The translations under genes were made by a program, and so were the position numbers. The notes beneath the pieces were generated by a model. That model did no database searches, was not told the origin of the DNA, and saw only the letters and a program-made list of their open reading frames with translations. From Saccostrea echinata (Eukaryota): DNA of 64,000 nucleotides. This document shows, piece after piece, positions 62,106-64,000 of the stretch. The stretch is taken from the NCBI RefSeq assembly GCF_033153115.1, contig NW_026889755.1, forward strand, positions 15,128,001 through 15,192,000, written 5' to 3'. The number at the start of each line of letters is the position of its first letter. The first letter of the stretch is position 1.

Positions 62106-62403
62106 TTTGTTTGTTTGTTGTTTAACGTCCCTCTCGAGAATTTTTCACTCATATGGAGACGCCACCACTTGCCGGTGGAGAGCTACAAATTTTGTCCTAT
62201 ACTCGGCACTTACGGCCATTGAGCAGTGAGGGGTCTTTTTCGTGCCAGCACCTACTGCGACACGGGACCTCGGTTTATACGGTCTAATCCGAAGGACCGG
62301 TGTCCACGTCCCACAGTGGGATTCGAACCCGCGACGTAAGGATCAACTCCTTACTCCGCGACTCTAGAGCAGACGCTCTAACCACTGCGCCACGCGGGCG
62401 ACC
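62106..62403 (-). mobile_element. Full-length tRNA-derived SINE
   Basis: A-box TGGCGCAGTGG, B-box GGTTCGAATCC, (AAAC)n tail, perfect 10-bp TSD ACTGTGCAAG (62096-62105, 62404-62413). Confidence 0.92.
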
Positions 62404-64000
62404 ACTGTGCAAGATAACAACTTCGAATGTAATAGACGATTTCAACTAATAAAGGGATAGACTGTGTAACTGGTATTTCCAAATGCATAAATAGAAAAGA
62501 TTGAAAATTAATCCAAAGCAATGTATTTTGTAAGGAACGATTTTAAACCCATTGCACATGAAAACACATAGGGGCGAATTAAAAAAAAAAGACCACCAAA
62601 TTGAAATTTTTTGACAAAGTTCAACTACCCATAACATATTTTTCACTTATATTATCATATTGTAAATGTATTCTAGTTCAAATTTCCGAAGTTGCAATAG
62701 AATAGACAATTGGATAAGAAAAAGTTTTTAAGTTTTTATTAGTAAAACTTTATTTGAGAAAAGAAAATATCACTATATCCTAAAAGACTCTCTAATTAAA
62801 ATACATAATCAAAAGAAATTATAGTGTTTTGTGCTTCCAAATGGTATCAGGGATAGATCTAAACCTTAATTGAGTTTCTGCTCTTGTATACCAGTATGTG
62901 GGGGAAAAAATTGGCTTTTTGATTGTTATTTTACATTATTTTTTCAATTCTGGTTTGAAAAGTTTTAATATGAAAGAAATATGAAAAACTAAAATTCCTC
63001 CCAAATCATTTTTTTTTTTGTCCATTTAAGTCAATTCTTTAAATTTAAGCCAAAAGAGAATTTTGACATACAAGTTTTCTTACGAAAAAAACTAGATTTT
63101 TAAATGACCCTTTGTTACGTTACTGTGTTGCACTCCTGACATCTGATATCTGATTTTATTTAACATTGTTTTAAAAATTATAATACACCATAACCCATTC
63201 TTAGTTTTAAATCAGTTTGTCGTTATATATATAATTACTGTATTTGCAATGTGTAATATATATATACATTGACTGTAAAATGTCTGTAATTAGTTGAGAG
63301 CCATAATGTTTTGGACATCAAATAGTATCAAACATTTTTTTAAATTTATGTTTTGTAAAGATAGATGAAGATCATTGATAATTATAAAACAGTTTTGTTG
63401 CACTCCTGACTGCAGTAAAAGTTAAAATTCAAACCACAGAACACAAAAATTCATAAAGTGTTGGCAACATCAAGTGGTAACAAAATTGTTCAATATTTAT
63501 AGTTCAATAATTCATGATTGAAACACATAAAAGAATTTAAACTTCACTTTTTATCTTAAATTATTCCTTATTTATGCCAAAAAACTAGCTAAAATATATA
63601 TTTAGAGGATAAAATATATTTTATAGTATATTTTCCTTCACAGGACAAACACTGTAAGCAACTGAGGTCAACCAGAAACATTCTACTCATCAATTTATCT
63701 TTATAATTATTCATATTTGATCAGAAATAATTCTATCATATTTGTTGCACTCCTGACCGAGAGCATGGAAGTCTTTAAAGTAGAATTGTGAAGCGAAAAT
63801 TATATCAGAACTTGTTCTGTTGTTTCAGTGAAGTTGAGGTGGAATTACTTGAACTTTATAACAATTTTTCATTGTATTTTTTTTTCACATATTTAGAAAA
63901 ATCAAAGAAAAGATAAAAACACATCTGAATTGATTAAATTGCAAAAGGGAAGGATTTTAATAATAAAACTGTCAATAATTTATTACTAAATTATTCAAAG

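Noticed and set aside
62310-62403. Amber-suppressor tRNA gene (CTA at the anticodon position)
   Set aside because: The anticodon and acceptor stems do not pair, and the sequence is the head of a TSD-flanked SINE.

Overview
AT-rich, intron-containing animal genomic DNA. The repeat repertoire (HINE-type elements with ~167-bp satellite arrays, tRNA SINEs, a Penelope-like RT relic) suggests a bivalve, probably an oyster (inference). Five spliced housekeeping genes were reconstructed exon by exon: PGAM (-, 250 aa), MED4 (-, 254 aa), EIF4E2 (+, 220 aa), GK5 (-, 531 codons) and UXS1 (+, 420 aa). MED4/EIF4E2 and GK5/UXS1 are head-to-head pairs. Main observations: (1) GK5 intron 3 holds a near-full-length L1/Tx1-type LINE whose ORF1 ends in an IMPACT/YigZ (UPF0029) domain. 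(2) That LINE appears to have been inverted, with both flanks duplicated. (3) All five genes carry tandem repeats built from their own exon-intron junctions, giving arrays of decoy splice sites. (4) GK5 has an in-frame TGA in a 90-nt exon. (5) A perfect 114-bp palindrome lies between the GK5 and UXS1 5' ends. (6) Several families of small hairpin transposons are present. Coordinates were counted by hand, and repeat family names come from structure and recall, not database searches.
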